This document shows positions 31,708 through 42,638 of a stretch of 64,000 bases of DNA, one piece after another. The DNA lies in the NCBI GenBank assembly GCA_963845515.1, contig CAWJSR010000045.1, positions 160,001 to 224,000 of the forward strand, written 5' to 3'. The notes below the pieces were generated by a model that was not told the origin of the DNA, searched no databases, and was given only the letters and a program-made list of their open reading frames with translations. Position 1 is the first letter of the stretch. Each line of letters opens with the position of its first letter. Made by a program: the position numbers and the translations under genes. The DNA is from an uncultured delta proteobacterium. GTDB taxonomy: Bacteria > Myxococcota > Myxococcia > Myxococcales > Anaeromyxobacteraceae.

Positions 31708-32797
31708 TCAGGACTCCCGAAGGACGACGGTGGGATCGAGCGCGGCGGCGCGGTTGGCTGGGACGGTGGCGGCGACGGCGCTGACGAGCGCGGCGAGGCC
31801 GACCACGGGCAGCAGCAGCTCTGGCGTGGGCACGAGCGGGCTGCCGAGCAAGGCCGAGCCGAGGCGCCAGGTCAGCGGGAACGCCAGAGCCCAGCCTGCG
31901 GCGCCGCCGAGGGCTCCCGCCGCGGCCGCCTGAAGGGTGAAGAGGCGCGCGAGGGCGCGGGGCGGCACGCCAATCGCGACGAGCAGCCCGAGCTCGCGAG
32001 ACCTGCGCCGGGCTTGCGAGGACGCGAGGGCGCCCACGACGAGCGCGACGACCGCGAGCCCCGTCAGGTTCAGGACGGTCGAGTATCGCTTCATCGTCTC
32101 GACGCTCCCCTTCTGCGCCTTCACCATCCCCGCGACGGTGATCGCGCGGGAACCGGGAGGATTCTCGACCTCGGCGGCGAGCGTCGCGACGTCGACTCGG
32201 CACCAGCAGCCGCCCAGCGTCAGCGCGGACAGCGCCCCAGGCCGCCCGAGGACGCGCTGCGCGGCGGCGAGCGGCATGAAGACTGCGGCGTCGAGTCCGT
32301 CGGCAGGCGCGTCCGAGACCTGGAGCACCGAGAAGGTCCGATCGCCCAGTCTGAAGGTTCCGCCCGCCGACGCGCCCAGGGTGCGGGCAGCCGCCGGGCC
32401 GAGGACCGCCGGCTCCACCTCGCCCAGCGAAGGCCAGTCGACGTCCTGGCCAACGACGATCACCTCGCCGTCGCCCGCCTTCACGTTGCCGTAGAGCCGT
32501 GCCTCTACGGAGCGGAGGTGCTGCGCCACTGCAGAGGATCGCAGGGCGCCGGGAGAGCTGTCGGGCAACGCCTCGGCCCCGTACCGCTGTCCGTGGAAGG
32601 CCGCGAGGTCGGTCGCCTCGGGGACCACGAGCATGTTCCGCCCGAGCCGATGCGCGAGGTCGTGCACCGCGTCCTCCGCCGACGAGGTCACGGCACGGTG
32701 AGTGACGAGCGCCGCGACCACGAGCGTCGACGGCCACGGTCCCGAGCAGGTACTCGACCCAGCGGCGTCGAAGGTCACCCATGAAGAGCATCCACAT
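31708..32797 (-). CDS. FtsX/MacB-like ABC permease (frameshift near 32735)
   Basis: RRSRELGLLVAIG, PANRAAALDP; CWC motif in the periplasmic domain. Confidence 0.75.
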
Positions 32798-32945
32798 GCG
32801 CGGTCTCTGCCTCCGTTGGCTGCGTGAGGTGCGAGGTGCGGGTTGAAGCAAGGGGCGCGCCACGTGCGGGGCTCGAGCCAGCGCGGAATCCATCGACATT
32901 TCGCGCGCTCGAACGACGGAGACGGCAACAGTGTGATCGGATCGG

Positions 32946-34087
32946 TTACCCGCGGTCCGAGGTGCGGCCCCCTTCGCGCTCAGCATCGAGAGGACGTCGG
33001 CGAGCTCCTCCCAGGTCGTCGTTCTCCCGAGGCTGAAGCGGACGGCGCCCATGCCCTCGCGCTCCGAGACGCCCATCGCCGCCAGGACCGCGGAGAGCTC
33101 GACCGAGCCGGCATGGCAAGCGGAGCCGGTCGACGCCGCCACGCCCGGGAGCCCCGCCAGCACCTCGGCGCCCACCCGTCCGACGAAGTTCACGCTGGAG
33201 GTGTTGGGGAGCCGCTCGGCGCCCCCGCCGTTCACGGTGAGGTCTGCGCCGAAGATGGCCTTCAACTCCGCCTCGAAACGGTCACGGAGCGCGCGGACCG
33301 CGTCCATCCCGATCCACCGGCCAGCGACCTCGCAGGCCGCGCCGAGCGCCACGTCGAGGAGCACGTTCTCGGTGCCGGCCCTGCGCCCCGACTCGTGCCC
33401 GGCACCGTGCATGAAGGGCTCGAGCCGCGTACCGCGCCGGACGTAGAGGGCGCCGACTCCCTTGGGCGCGTAGAGCTTGTGCCCCGCGACCGAGAGGAGG
33501 TCCACACCGAGGTCGTCAACCCGCGTCGGGACCTTCCCGGCGCTCTGCGCGGCGTCGGTGTGCATGAGCACGCCGGCCGCGCGGGCGATGGCAGCGATCT
33601 CCTCGATGGGCTGGATCGTCCCGACCTCGTTGTTGGCGTGCATGACGCTGACGAGGATGGTGCGCGGGGTGATGGCGCGGCGGATGGCCTCGGGATCGAC
33701 TCGTCCCTGGCTGTCCACGCCGACGACCGTGACCTTCGCGCCCAGCCGCTGAAGGAACTCCAGCGGCTTCAGGACGGCCGGATGCTCGACGGCGCTGGTG
33801 ACGAAGTGGTCGCCGCGATCACGGTTGGCGAAGAAGACTCCCTTCAGCGCATGGTTGTTCGCCTCGGTGCCGCCGCTCGTGAAGACGATCTCGTCCGGTG
33901 CGGCGCCGAGCAGCTCGGCGACCTGACCACGCGCCCGCTCCACCGCCGCCTTCGCCGGCGCGCCCGCCCAGTGGCCGTTCGACGGATTGCCGAAATGGTC
34001 GGTGAGGAACGGCCGCATGGCCTCCGCGGCCTCGGGAGCGAGCGGCGTGCTGGCGTTGAAGTCGAGGTAGGTCTTCGTGTTCTTCAT
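32946..34087 (-). CDS. Cysteine desulfurase (NifS/IscS group I); stop inferred
   Basis: YLDFNAST, FTSGGTEAN, HTDAAQS, GHKLY, STGSACH; one extra G in a homopolymer at ~32970 would give TAA at 32946. Confidence 0.85.
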
Positions 34088-34242
34088 CACCTTGCGCCCT
34101 CCTGACCTCGACCTGGCGGTGTCTTGCATCGTGGACGTACATCCTGTATCACGGAATCGACGGCGGCTCGCCACGAAGCCGAGGCGAGCAGCATCCACAA
34201 ACCCGGGCGAACGCGTACGGCCTCGTGGCCGATCGAGGCCGC

Positions 34243-35526
34243 ATGTCCAACGACGCACACCTAGACCCCACCGTCCCCGGTAACCCTGCCTACCACTTCA
34301 CGATCGTGCCCCCCGGGTCTCCCGTGAGGGCCGGGTGGGGCGCCCGTGGCCCGCTCGTGCCCAGCGCCAGGCTCGGGACCCAGTGTGTCCACGCCGGCGT
34401 GCAGCCCGATCCCACCTACGGCGCGGTCATGCCGCCGATCTACCAGTCGTCCACCTTCGCGTTCCGCGACGTCTGCACGAACGCCGGGTATGACTACACA
34501 CGCAGCGGGAATCCGACGCGGGCGGCGCTCGAAGAGGCGCTCGCGCTCCTGGAGGGTGGCGCGGGGGCAACGTGCACGAGCACCGGCATGAGCGCGGTGA
34601 TCGTCGCGCTGAACCTCCTCCCTGTGGGCAGCCACCTGCTCTGCACCGTGGACTGCTACGGCGGGACCTTCCGCGCCCTCGAGCACGCGAGGGCGACCTA
34701 CGGGCTCGAGGTCACGTACCTCGACCTCGCCGATCTGGACGCCGTCGCCGCTGCCTTCCGGTCGAACACGCGGATGCTCTGGATCGAGACCCCGTCCAAC
34801 CCGCTGCTGCGCCTCACCGACGTCGCGGCGGTCGTTGCGCTCGCACGGAGCCACGGCGCGCTCACCGTCGTCGACAACACGTTCCTCTCCCCGGTCTCGC
34901 AGCAGCCCTTCCGGCACGGTGCCGACCTCGTGGTCCACTCGACCACGAAGTACCTGAACGGACACAGCGACGTCGTGGGCGGCGCGGTCGTGGCGGGGCC
35001 CGGCAGGACCGCGCTGGTCCAGCAGATCCAGAGCGTCAACAACCTGCTGGGCACGTCGCAGAGCCCCCACGACTGCTTCCTCGTCCTCCGCGGCCTCAAG
35101 ACCCTGCTGCTCCGGATGCGCGCGCACGAGGCCGGGGCGCGCGCCGTCGCCGAGTTCCTCGCCGCGCACCCGGCGGTCGCGAAGGTGCACTACCCGGGGC
35201 TCGCGACCCACCCCCAGCACGGGCTCGCGCGCAGGCAGCAGTCCGGCTTCGGCGGCATGGTGAGCTTCGAGCTGGCCGACGGCAGCCGCGAGCGCGTCGA
35301 TCACGTCCTCAGGACGCTGCGCTGGTTCACGCTCGCCGAGAGCCTCGGGGGCGTGGAGAGCCTGGTCGCTCACCCCGCCTCCATGACCCACGCGTCGATG
35401 ACCCCCGAGGCCAGGGCGCGCGCCGGCATCACCGACGGCGTCATCCGGCTCTCGGTCGGCATCGAGGACCCCGCGGACCTGCTCGCCGACCTCGACGCGG
35501 CGCTGGCCACGCTCCCCGTCGGTTGA
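34243..35526 (+). CDS. Cystathionine gamma-synthase/lyase (Cys/Met PLP enzyme)
   Basis: YTRSGNPT, ETPSNP, DNTF, HSTTKYLNGHSD, ESLGGVESL. Confidence 0.92.
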   Translation: MSNDAHLDPTVPGNPAYHFTIVPPGSPVRAGWGARGPLVPSARLGTQCVHAGVQPDPTYGAVMPPIYQSSTFAFRDVCTNAGYDYTRSGNPTRAALEEALALLEGGAGATCTSTGMSAVIVALNLLPVGSHLLCTVDCYGGTFRALEHARATYGLEVTYLDLADLDAVAAAFRSNTRMLWIETPSNPLLRLTDVAAVVALARSHGALTVVDNTFLSPVSQQPFRHGADLVVHSTTKYLNGHSDVVGGAVVAGPGRTALVQQIQSVNNLLGTSQSPHDCFLVLRGLKTLLLRMRAHEAGARAVAEFLAAHPAVAKVHYPGLATHPQHGLARRQQSGFGGMVSFELADGSRERVDHVLRTLRWFTLAESLGGVESLVAHPASMTHASMTPEARARAGITDGVIRLSVGIEDPADLLADLDAALATLPVG

Positions 35527-35535
35527 GACGACCCG

Positions 35536-36454
35536 ATGATCCACGACGACATCCTCTCCCTGGTCGGGCGAACCCCGCTGCTGCGCCTGAGGCAGCAGGC
35601 GGGTCAGGTCGCGGTGGTCGCGGCGAAGCTCGAGTCGTTCAACCCGGGCGGCAGCGTCAAGGACCGCATCGCGCTGGAGATGATCCTCTCGGCCGAGCGG
35701 GACGGGCGGATCGCGCCTGGCCGCACTACGCTCGATCGAGCCGACCTCGGGCAACACGGGCATCGGCCTCGCGCTGGTGGCCGCGGCCCGAGGCTATCGG
35801 CTGATCCTGACGATGCCCGACTCGATGAGCGTCGAGCGCAGGAAGCTGCTCGCCGCCTATGGCGCGGAGCTGGTGCTGACGCCAGGCGCGCTCGGCATGC
35901 GCGGCGCCGTGCGCAAGGCGGAGGAGCTCGCGCGCGAGAGCGCCGACGCCTTCCTCCCCCAGCAGTTCGCCAACCCGGCCAACGCCGCAGCGCACCGGCG
36001 CACCACCGCGGTCGAGATCTGGGAGGACACGGATGGCCGCGTGGACGTGTTCGTGGCCGGCGTTGGCACGGGCGGGACGATCACCGGCGTCGGCGAGGCG
36101 CTGAAGTCGCGCAAGGGCCAGGTGCGCATCGTCGCAGTGGAGCCGGACGACTCGCCGGTCCTGTCGGGCGGCATGCCGGGGCCCCACGCGCTGCAGGGCA
36201 TCGGCGCGGGGTTCATCCCGGAGGCGCTGAACGTCGGCGTCATCGACGAGATCGTCCGCGTCACCGCGGCGCAGGCCTTCGAGGTGTCGCGGCGGCTGGC
36301 GCGCGAGGAGGGGCTCCTCGTGGGGATCTCCGCCGGCGCGGCCGCGCACGCGGCCATGGAGCTCGCGCGGCGACCGGAGAGCGAGGGGAAGCTCGTCGTC
36401 GTCCTCCTTCCCGACACCGGCGAGCGGTACCTCTCGACGAGGCTATTCGAATGA
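35536..36454 (+). CDS. cysK: Cysteine synthase (one-base frameshift near 35734)
   Basis: NPGGSVKDR, (I)[30 protein letters not shown]. Confidence 0.88.
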
Positions 36455-38439
36455 GACAGCACCTGCCGATCCTCAACGTCGACGTCCCGGACAAGGCCGA
36501 GCACGTCGCGCTGACGCCGAACGCCGCGTCCCGCGACCTCCTGCAGCACCTGGAGGGGCTCGGCGTCGAGACGCTCTACGACCGCTTCGAGCAGCAGAAG
36601 CCACAGTGCACGTTCGGCCTCACCGGCCGTTGCTGCCGGATGTGCCAGTGGGGGCCGTGCCGGATCGGCCCGAAGGCCGAGCGAGGCATCTGCGGCAAGG
36701 ACCAGAACGCGATGGTCATCGGCAACGTGCTGCGCTCGCTCGTCGCCGGGCTCTCGGCGCACGGGCGCCACGCGCACGAGGCGATGTTCTCGGTGCTGGC
36801 GGCTGCGGACGGCAAGGCGCACCTGAAGATCAAGGGCGAGGAGCGCGTGCTGGAGCTGGCGCGCCGCTTCGGCGTCGCGTCAGAGGGCAGGCCGCTCGAG
36901 GACGTGGCACGAGAGGTGACCGGGATCCTCATCCAGGACCTCGGCAGGCTCGAGGCGGCGCCGCTCCGGACGCTCGAGGCCTTCGCTCCGCCTGAGCGCC
37001 GGGAGACGTGGCGCGGGCTCGGCATCCTCCCGCGCAGCGCCACGTACGAGGTCATGGAGGCACTCCACATGACCACGCTCGGCGGCTGCACCGACTGGAC
37101 CGCGCTCGCCGCGCAGGAGCTCCGGGCGGCGCTCGCCTACTGCTACAGCACGCTCTTCGGCTCCTCGTTCGCGACGGAGATGCTCTTCGGCCTTCCGCAG
37201 CAGCGCGTCACGACAGTGAACTACGGGATCCTCAAGGCTGACCACGTGAACGTGCTCATGCACGGCCACTCGCCGGTGATGGTCGAGGTCATCCTGGAGA
37301 AGCTCCGGACGCCCGAGCTGGAGCAGCTCGCGCGCGACGTCGGGGCGAAGGGCATCGTGGTGGGCGGGCTCTGCTGCTCGGGCGAGGAGCTCCTGGCCAG
37401 GCACGGCGTGTCGACCGTCACGAACATCGGCGGCCAGGAGCTCGTGCTCGGCACCGGCGCCGTCGACGCGGTGGTCGTGGACATGCAGTGCGTCATCCCC
37501 GGCATGAAGATCCTCGCCGACTGCTTCGGGACGCAGATCATCACGACCTGCAAGTCGAACCGGATCCCCGGGGCGCTGCACGTCCCGTTCGATCCCGAGC
37601 AGCCGGAGCAGCTCCAGGCCGACGCGGACCGCGTCGCTCGCGCCGCGATCGAGGCGTACCGGCGGCGCGATCACTCCAAGACCCACATCCCGCAGGTCAC
37701 CACGGCGGCGCAGGTCGGGTGGAGCTACGAGAACATCCTCGAGACGCTCGGTGGCGCGGAGCGGATCGTCGAGCTCCTGCGCAGCGGGCGGCTCGAGGGG
37801 ATCGCCACCATCGTCGGCTGCAACACCCCCAAGGTCCCATACGAGTACAACCACGTGACGTTGGCGCGTGAGCTGATCCGCTCCGACGTGCTCCTGCTCA
37901 CGACGGGGTGCTGCGCCCACGCGCTCCTCAACGAAGGCCTCTGCGGGCCCGAGGCCGCCGACCTGGCGGGGCTCGGTCTCGCGGGGCTGTGCCGCGAGCT
38001 GGGCATCCCCCCCGTCCTCGCGGTGGGCGGCTGCGTCGACAACACCCGGACGCTCCGGCTCTTCGCCGAGATCTCGCGGGCGAGCGGCGTCGCGATGAAG
38101 GACCTCCCGTTCATGTTCATCGGACCAGAGCCTGGGAACGAGAAGACGGTGGGGCAGGGGCTCACGTTCCTCGTGCACGGGGTCAGCAACCTGGTCGGGT
38201 TCCCCGCCCCCATCCCGCCGGCGATTCCGCGCCCGAGGGCCGACGGCTCCGGCGAGCTGGAGCGGGGCAGCAACGACGTGGTCGACTTTCTCGCCGGCTC
38301 AGAAGGCGTCCTGAAGCTCCTGGGCGCCAAGGTCTACACGGAGCCCGAGCCGAAGCTCGGTGCCCAGCACGTCCGGATGCACCTCCACCGCAAGCGGCTG
38401 GCGCTCGGCTGGGCCGGCCAATCCTCCACGGAGACCTGA
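36451..38439 (+). CDS. cooS: Ni-containing CO dehydrogenase catalytic subunit (CooS-like)
   Basis: D/B-cluster motif [18 protein letters not shown]...ICG; HGRHAH; C-cluster ligands HGH, CCSG, DMQC, GCN, GCC, GGCVD; PEPGNEK. Confidence 0.9.
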   Translation: MRQHLPILNVDVPDKAEHVALTPNAASRDLLQHLEGLGVETLYDRFEQQKPQCTFGLTGRCCRMCQWGPCRIGPKAERGICGKDQNAMVIGNVLRSLVAGLSAHGRHAHEAMFSVLAAADGKAHLKIKGEERVLELARRFGVASEGRPLEDVAREVTGILIQDLGRLEAAPLRTLEAFAPPERRETWRGLGILPRSATYEVMEALHMTTLGGCTDWTALAAQELRAALAYCYSTLFGSSFATEMLFGLPQQRVTTVNYGILKADHVNVLMHGHSPVMVEVILEKLRTPELEQLARDVGAKGIVVGGLCCSGEELLARHGVSTVTNIGGQELVLGTGAVDAVVVDMQCVIPGMKILADCFGTQIITTCKSNRIPGALHVPFDPEQPEQLQADADRVARAAIEAYRRRDHSKTHIPQVTTAAQVGWSYENILETLGGAERIVELLRSGRLEGIATIVGCNTPKVPYEYNHVTLARELIRSDVLLLTTGCCAHALLNEGLCGPEAADLAGLGLAGLCRELGIPPVLAVGGCVDNTRTLRLFAEISRASGVAMKDLPFMFIGPEPGNEKTVGQGLTFLVHGVSNLVGFPAPIPPAIPRPRADGSGELERGSNDVVDFLAGSEGVLKLLGAKVYTEPEPKLGAQHVRMHLHRKRLALGWAGQSSTET

Positions 38440-38441
38440 AG

Positions 38442-39428
38442 ATGCGATCGATCACGCGTAGGGACGTCCTGAAGCTCGCGGGGGCCGGGGGCGCCGCGGC
38501 CGCGCTGGGGGGCCTGCTCCCGGCGTGCCGTAGGCAGGCGGGCTCGAGGACCAGGGTACGGCTGGGGTACCTACCGCTCACGGATCACCTGACCGTGATC
38601 GCGGCGGCGCGGACGACCTTCGAGACGCTCGACGTGGAGCCGGTGAAGTTCGCGAGCTGGCCCGAGCTGGCGGAGGCGGTGAAGGGCGGCGCGCTCGAGG
38701 CGGCCTTCGCGCTCACGCCGATCGGCCTGACCCTCCGCGGGAAGGGGGTCCCGGTGAAGCTCGTGCTCCTCGGGCACCGCAACGGCAGCGTGCTGACCGT
38801 GAAGGTGGGCGACGCGGTCACGTCGGTCGCCGACCTCAAGGGGAAGACGATCGCGATCCCGAGCCGCTTCTCGACGCACAACATCCTGCTCAGGCGAATC
38901 CTCGCCGCCGAGGGGCTCGAGCCGGGCCGCGACGTGGAGATCGTGGAGATGCCGCCGCCGGAGATGGTCCAGGCGCTCGGGACGGGCCGGCTCGGCGGGT
39001 TCATCGTCGCCGAGCCGTTCGGTGGCCAGGCAGAGCTCCAGCACGTCGGGAAGGTGCTCAAGTACTCGAAGGACGTGTGGCCGAACCACATCTGCTGCAC
39101 GCTCCTCGCCCGGGAGGATCTCATCGCGGCGCGCCCGGAGAGCGTTCAGGAGCTCGTGGACGCGCTCGTCGCAGCGGGGAGGTTCGTGACCGAGCACCCG
39201 GACGAGGCCGCTGAGCTCTCCACGAAGTACCTGGGGCAGAAGCCGGAGGTCATCCGTCACGTCCTGACGCACCCGCGCGACCGCGTCACCTTCGACGACC
39301 TCTTGCCGACGCTGGCCGATCTGGAGGCCACGCAGGGGGACATGCTCAAGTTCGGCATCGCGAGCACACCCGTGGACCTGGGCGCCTTCCTCGACGACCG
39401 GTTCGCCAAGCGCGCCTACGCGAGGTGA
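38442..39428 (+). CDS. NitT/TauT (CmpA/NrtA-like) ABC substrate-binding protein, Tat-exported
   Basis: TRRDVLK Tat motif, GYLPLTDH, AEPF, WPNHICC. Confidence 0.85.
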   Translation: MRSITRRDVLKLAGAGGAAAALGGLLPACRRQAGSRTRVRLGYLPLTDHLTVIAAARTTFETLDVEPVKFASWPELAEAVKGGALEAAFALTPIGLTLRGKGVPVKLVLLGHRNGSVLTVKVGDAVTSVADLKGKTIAIPSRFSTHNILLRRILAAEGLEPGRDVEIVEMPPPEMVQALGTGRLGGFIVAEPFGGQAELQHVGKVLKYSKDVWPNHICCTLLAREDLIAARPESVQELVDALVAAGRFVTEHPDEAAELSTKYLGQKPEVIRHVLTHPRDRVTFDDLLPTLADLEATQGDMLKFGIASTPVDLGAFLDDRFAKRAYAR

Positions 39429-40279
39429 GCATGGATGTACGGCCAACGAACGGCGTGGCCCCGGGTTCGCCGCCGCCGGTCGACGTCCCCCGGCGCGTGG
39501 TGCGGTGGCTCGATCGCTGGCTGGTGCCGGCCTCGGGTATCGCGGCCGTCGTCCTCGCCTGGGAGGTGGCGGCGCGGTCCGGGCGGTGGACGGCCGATCA
39601 GCTCCCCGGCCCGGTCGCGGTGCTGCGCGCGGGCGCGGAGATCCTCGCCAGTGGAACGCTGTTCTCGCACGTGGGGGCGAGCCTGGCCCGCTTCCTCGTT
39701 GCCTACCTGATCGCCACGACGTCGGCGGTGACGTTGGGGCTCCTCTTCGGCTGGCGCGAGCGGCTCTGGCGGGCGGTGGACCCGGTGGTTCAGCTGCTGC
39801 GGCCGGTGTCGCCGATCGCGTGGTTTCCCCTGGCGGTGCTGTGGCTCGGGATCGGGGACGCGCCCGCGATCGCGATCATCTTCCTCGCGTCGTTCTTCCC
39901 TGCGCTCCTCACGACGGTCGCCGCGGTGCGGCGCGTGGACCCGCTGCTGCTGCGCATCGCCCGGAACTTCGGTTCGAGCGAGCGCGACATCGTCCTCAAG
40001 GTGGTCGTGCCGGCGGCCTTCCCTCAGGTGGCCGTCGGGCTGCACATCGCGCTCGGCGCGGCGTGGGTCTACCTGGTCGCCGGGGAGATGCTGGGGGCGC
40101 GCTCGGGGCTCGGCTTCCTCGTCATGGACGCGCGCAACTTCTTGCGGACCGACCTGCTCCTCTTCGCGGTCCTGCTCATCGGACTCATCGGGCTAGCGCT
40201 CGACAAGACCATCGCGGCCGCCGAGCGCCGGATCTACAGGGCGTGGGGCGCGGTGCCGGCCGGCGAGGAGCTCGGATGA
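39425..40279 (+). CDS. NitT/TauT ABC permease
   Basis: LRPVSPIAW, LVAGEMLG..SGLG. Confidence 0.88.
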   Translation: MSMDVRPTNGVAPGSPPPVDVPRRVVRWLDRWLVPASGIAAVVLAWEVAARSGRWTADQLPGPVAVLRAGAEILASGTLFSHVGASLARFLVAYLIATTSAVTLGLLFGWRERLWRAVDPVVQLLRPVSPIAWFPLAVLWLGIGDAPAIAIIFLASFFPALLTTVAAVRRVDPLLLRIARNFGSSERDIVLKVVVPAAFPQVAVGLHIALGAAWVYLVAGEMLGARSGLGFLVMDARNFLRTDLLLFAVLLIGLIGLALDKTIAAAERRIYRAWGAVPAGEELG

Positions 40280-41055
40280 AGCCGGCGCGCATCGTGCTTC
40301 GGTCCGTCGAGAAGCGCTTCGTGAATCAGCGGGCCACGACGACGGCGCTCTCGGCCGTCGATCTCGAGATCGGCCAGGGCGAGCTCGTGTGCCTCCTGGG
40401 GCCGAGCGGTTGTGGCAAGTCCACGCTCCTCAACATCGTCGCGGGGTTCGATGCGCCCTCGAGCGGCTCCGTGGAGATCGACGGGGCGGTCGTGGGCGGT
40501 CCGCAGCGGCGGGTCGTGACGCTGTTCCAGAGCTACGGGCTCTTCCCCTGGCGCAGCGTGCTGCGAAACGTCGAGTACGGGCTCGAGGTCTCCGGCGTGC
40601 CGAAGCGCGAGCGCCGCGAGGTCGCGACGCAGTGCCTCGAGCTCGTCGGGCTGTCCGCGTTCGCGGGCCACCACCCCCATGAGCTCTCCGGCGGCATGCA
40701 GCAGCGCGTGGCGCTGGCCCGGGCGCTGGCCGTCGACCCCGAGTGCATCCTCCTCGACGAACCGTTCGGCGCCCTGGACGCGATCACGCGCATCAAGCTG
40801 CAGGAGGAGCTGGTCCGCATCTGGGAGGAGAAGCGCAAGACCATCGTCTGCGTCACCCACGACGTCGAGGAGTCCGTCTTCCTGGCCGATCGCATCGTGG
40901 TGATGGCGGCGAGCCCCGGTCGGGTGAAGGCCGTCATCGACGTGCCGCTGTCGCGCCCCCGGACGCGGACGAGCTCCGACTTCGACGCGCTCCGCCGGAA
41001 GGTGTACGCGGAGCTCGAGCTGGTGCACGAGCTGCAGCCGGAGTACACGATCTGA
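40276..41055 (+). CDS. NitT/TauT ABC ATP-binding protein
   Basis: GPSGCGKST, LSGGMQQR, DEPFGALD. Confidence 0.9.
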   Translation: MKPARIVLRSVEKRFVNQRATTTALSAVDLEIGQGELVCLLGPSGCGKSTLLNIVAGFDAPSSGSVEIDGAVVGGPQRRVVTLFQSYGLFPWRSVLRNVEYGLEVSGVPKRERREVATQCLELVGLSAFAGHHPHELSGGMQQRVALARALAVDPECILLDEPFGALDAITRIKLQEELVRIWEEKRKTIVCVTHDVEESVFLADRIVVMAASPGRVKAVIDVPLSRPRTRTSSDFDALRRKVYAELELVHELQPEYTI

Positions 41056-41377
41056 TCGCGGGCACCTGGCTGTCTCCCTCCCTCGGCCTCGGGGCGCCGA
41101 AGGGGGGGCCCTCGAGCGCGTCGTTTGACGACCGCGACCGGACGCGCGTAGCATCTCCTCGCATGAAGAGTCACCTCGGCCATCGGCAGACCCGCGGCGC
41201 GGCGGAGTACGCGCCGTGCATGTGTCGCCAGCCGGGCGCCTCCTCCCGCGGCTAGTCGCGCCCGGCCCGCTCCGAGGACGTCAGTTCCGGAGCCCTCATC
41301 CAGAACGATTCACGAGGGGAGCTGCACGCTCCGAACGCCGCCGCCGCGGCGGCGCGACGATCACGGGAGGAGAACCA

Positions 41378-41740
41378 ATGACGCCGCCGCATGCTGTGCT
41401 CGACCTCGTCCGCCGAATCGATGTCCGGAAGATCCCCGCATGGCTGTGGGGCGCGTCAAAGCCCCTCCTCAGCGCGAGCTGGCGGCGTGGTGACCGGCCC
41501 TTCAAGGCGCTGAGCGCGCTCTCGCCGCCCGCGAAGGCGTTGCTGCGACGGTACCTGGAGGAGGACACGAGGACGCTGCGTGTGCCCAAGGTGCCCAGCG
41601 TGGCGATAGGGCTCGAGCTGGCCGACATCGTCGCGATCTACCGGGCGCCGGAGCTCGCAGGGACCGGCGACGCCTTCGTGCTCCCCATCAATGCCTGGGC
41701 ATGGGACCACCTGCACCGCCACCCGGAGCTGCTCTCCTGA
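41378..41740 (+). CDS. Hypothetical protein resembling the C-terminal part of superinfection-exclusion SieB-family proteins
   Basis: LSPPAKALL..Y..IYRA...INAWAWDHLHRHPELL, recognised from memory; GGAGG RBS. Confidence 0.45.
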   Translation: MTPPHAVLDLVRRIDVRKIPAWLWGASKPLLSASWRRGDRPFKALSALSPPAKALLRRYLEEDTRTLRVPKVPSVAIGLELADIVAIYRAPELAGTGDAFVLPINAWAWDHLHRHPELLS

Positions 41741-41784
41741 GCGGACACGCCGGGAAGCGTCGAGGAAGGGGCCGACGCGACCGT

Positions 41785-42096
41785 TCAGCCGAAGAGCGCC
41801 TCCGGGTGCTTCTTCGCGACCGAGAGGAGCTTCAGGGCGGCGTCGGAGGGGCGTCGCGCGCTCGTCTCCCACGCCTGCACGGTCCTGGGGCTCACGTTGA
41901 GGATGCGCGCGAAGGCCGCCTGGGAGACGCGGAAGCGTGCCCTGACGGCGAGGACCTCCTTCGCGCCCATCGGGTGCGGGGGCGCCAGTTCGATGTCCCT
42001 GACGGTGAGCAGGCGCGTCCCGCGGTGATACGCGATGGCGTCCTCCAGTCCGGCCTTCACCTTCGAGAAGGCGCTGCTGCGTGCCTTGTTCTTCAT
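41785..42096 (-). CDS. HigA-like HTH antitoxin
   Basis: GLEDAIAY...SQAAFARILNVSPRTVQAWE. Confidence 0.85.
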   Translation of the reverse strand: MKNKARSSAFSKVKAGLEDAIAYHRGTRLLTVRDIELAPPHPMGAKEVLAVRARFRVSQAAFARILNVSPRTVQAWETSARRPSDAALKLLSVAKKHPEALFG

Positions 42097-42446
42097 GACG
42101 CTTCCTCCTTCAGCACCTTGACCAACTCTGCGACGTCGCGCCGCTCCGCGGGAGACAGGTCGGACTTCTCCCGCTTGCCGAAGATCGCGACGAGATGCGT
42201 GATCGAGCGGCGGGGAAGGTCGAGGTAGTAGACCCTGACGCCGCCCTGCTTCCCGCGGCCCACGCCCCGCTGGGCCAGCCGCACCTTCCGGAGCCCTCCG
42301 GTTCCCGGGACGAGATCGCCCGCCTGCGGGTCACGCAGGATGCTCTGCTCCAGCGCGACTAGATCATCGTGGGCCAGCTCGCGTGCCCGCTCGAGCCGCC
42401 TGCGATCTTCGGTGAAGCCGGACGATTCCACGAACTTCCGTCTCAC
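42093..42446 (-). CDS. RelE/HigB-type toxin
   Basis: GDLVPGTGGLRKVR...GKQGGVRVYY...K.EKSDL. Confidence 0.88.
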   Translation of the reverse strand: MRRKFVESSGFTEDRRRLERARELAHDDLVALEQSILRDPQAGDLVPGTGGLRKVRLAQRGVGRGKQGGVRVYYLDLPRRSITHLVAIFGKREKSDLSPAERRDVAELVKVLKEEAS

Positions 42447-42453
42447 CGAGTCA

Positions 42454-42484
42454 TACTACCATGTAGGTCTACTACAGGGTAGTA
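42454..42484. promoter_or_regulatory. Palindromic operator upstream of higBA
   Basis: TACTACC-ATGTAG-GTCTA-CTACAG-GGTAGTA inverted repeat directly before the toxin start. Confidence 0.65.
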
Positions 42485-42638
42485 CTGCGATAGCCGAGCG
42501 ACCTCAGAGCTTTGGGAAAGTCCGGGCCGGACGAGACGGATCGCTAACTTGCGGAGATCACGAGGCCCGTTGGGCTGGTTGAGTCCCGTGAAGTCCCGCT
42601 TGGCTGGCTGGATCTTGTCCGAACCTTGTCCACCTTCC

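Noticed and set aside
31010..34258. 1082-aa ORF appearing to fuse NifS with an ABC ATPase
   Set aside because: The middle is out-of-frame permease sequence. A single homopolymer indel near 32970 restores a NifS stop, so this is a chimera caused by frameshifts.
35536..38439. 967-aa CysK-CODH fusion
   Set aside because: A one-base insertion near 35734 shifts cysK into the cooS frame. cysK has its own stop at 36454 and cooS its own ATG at 36451.
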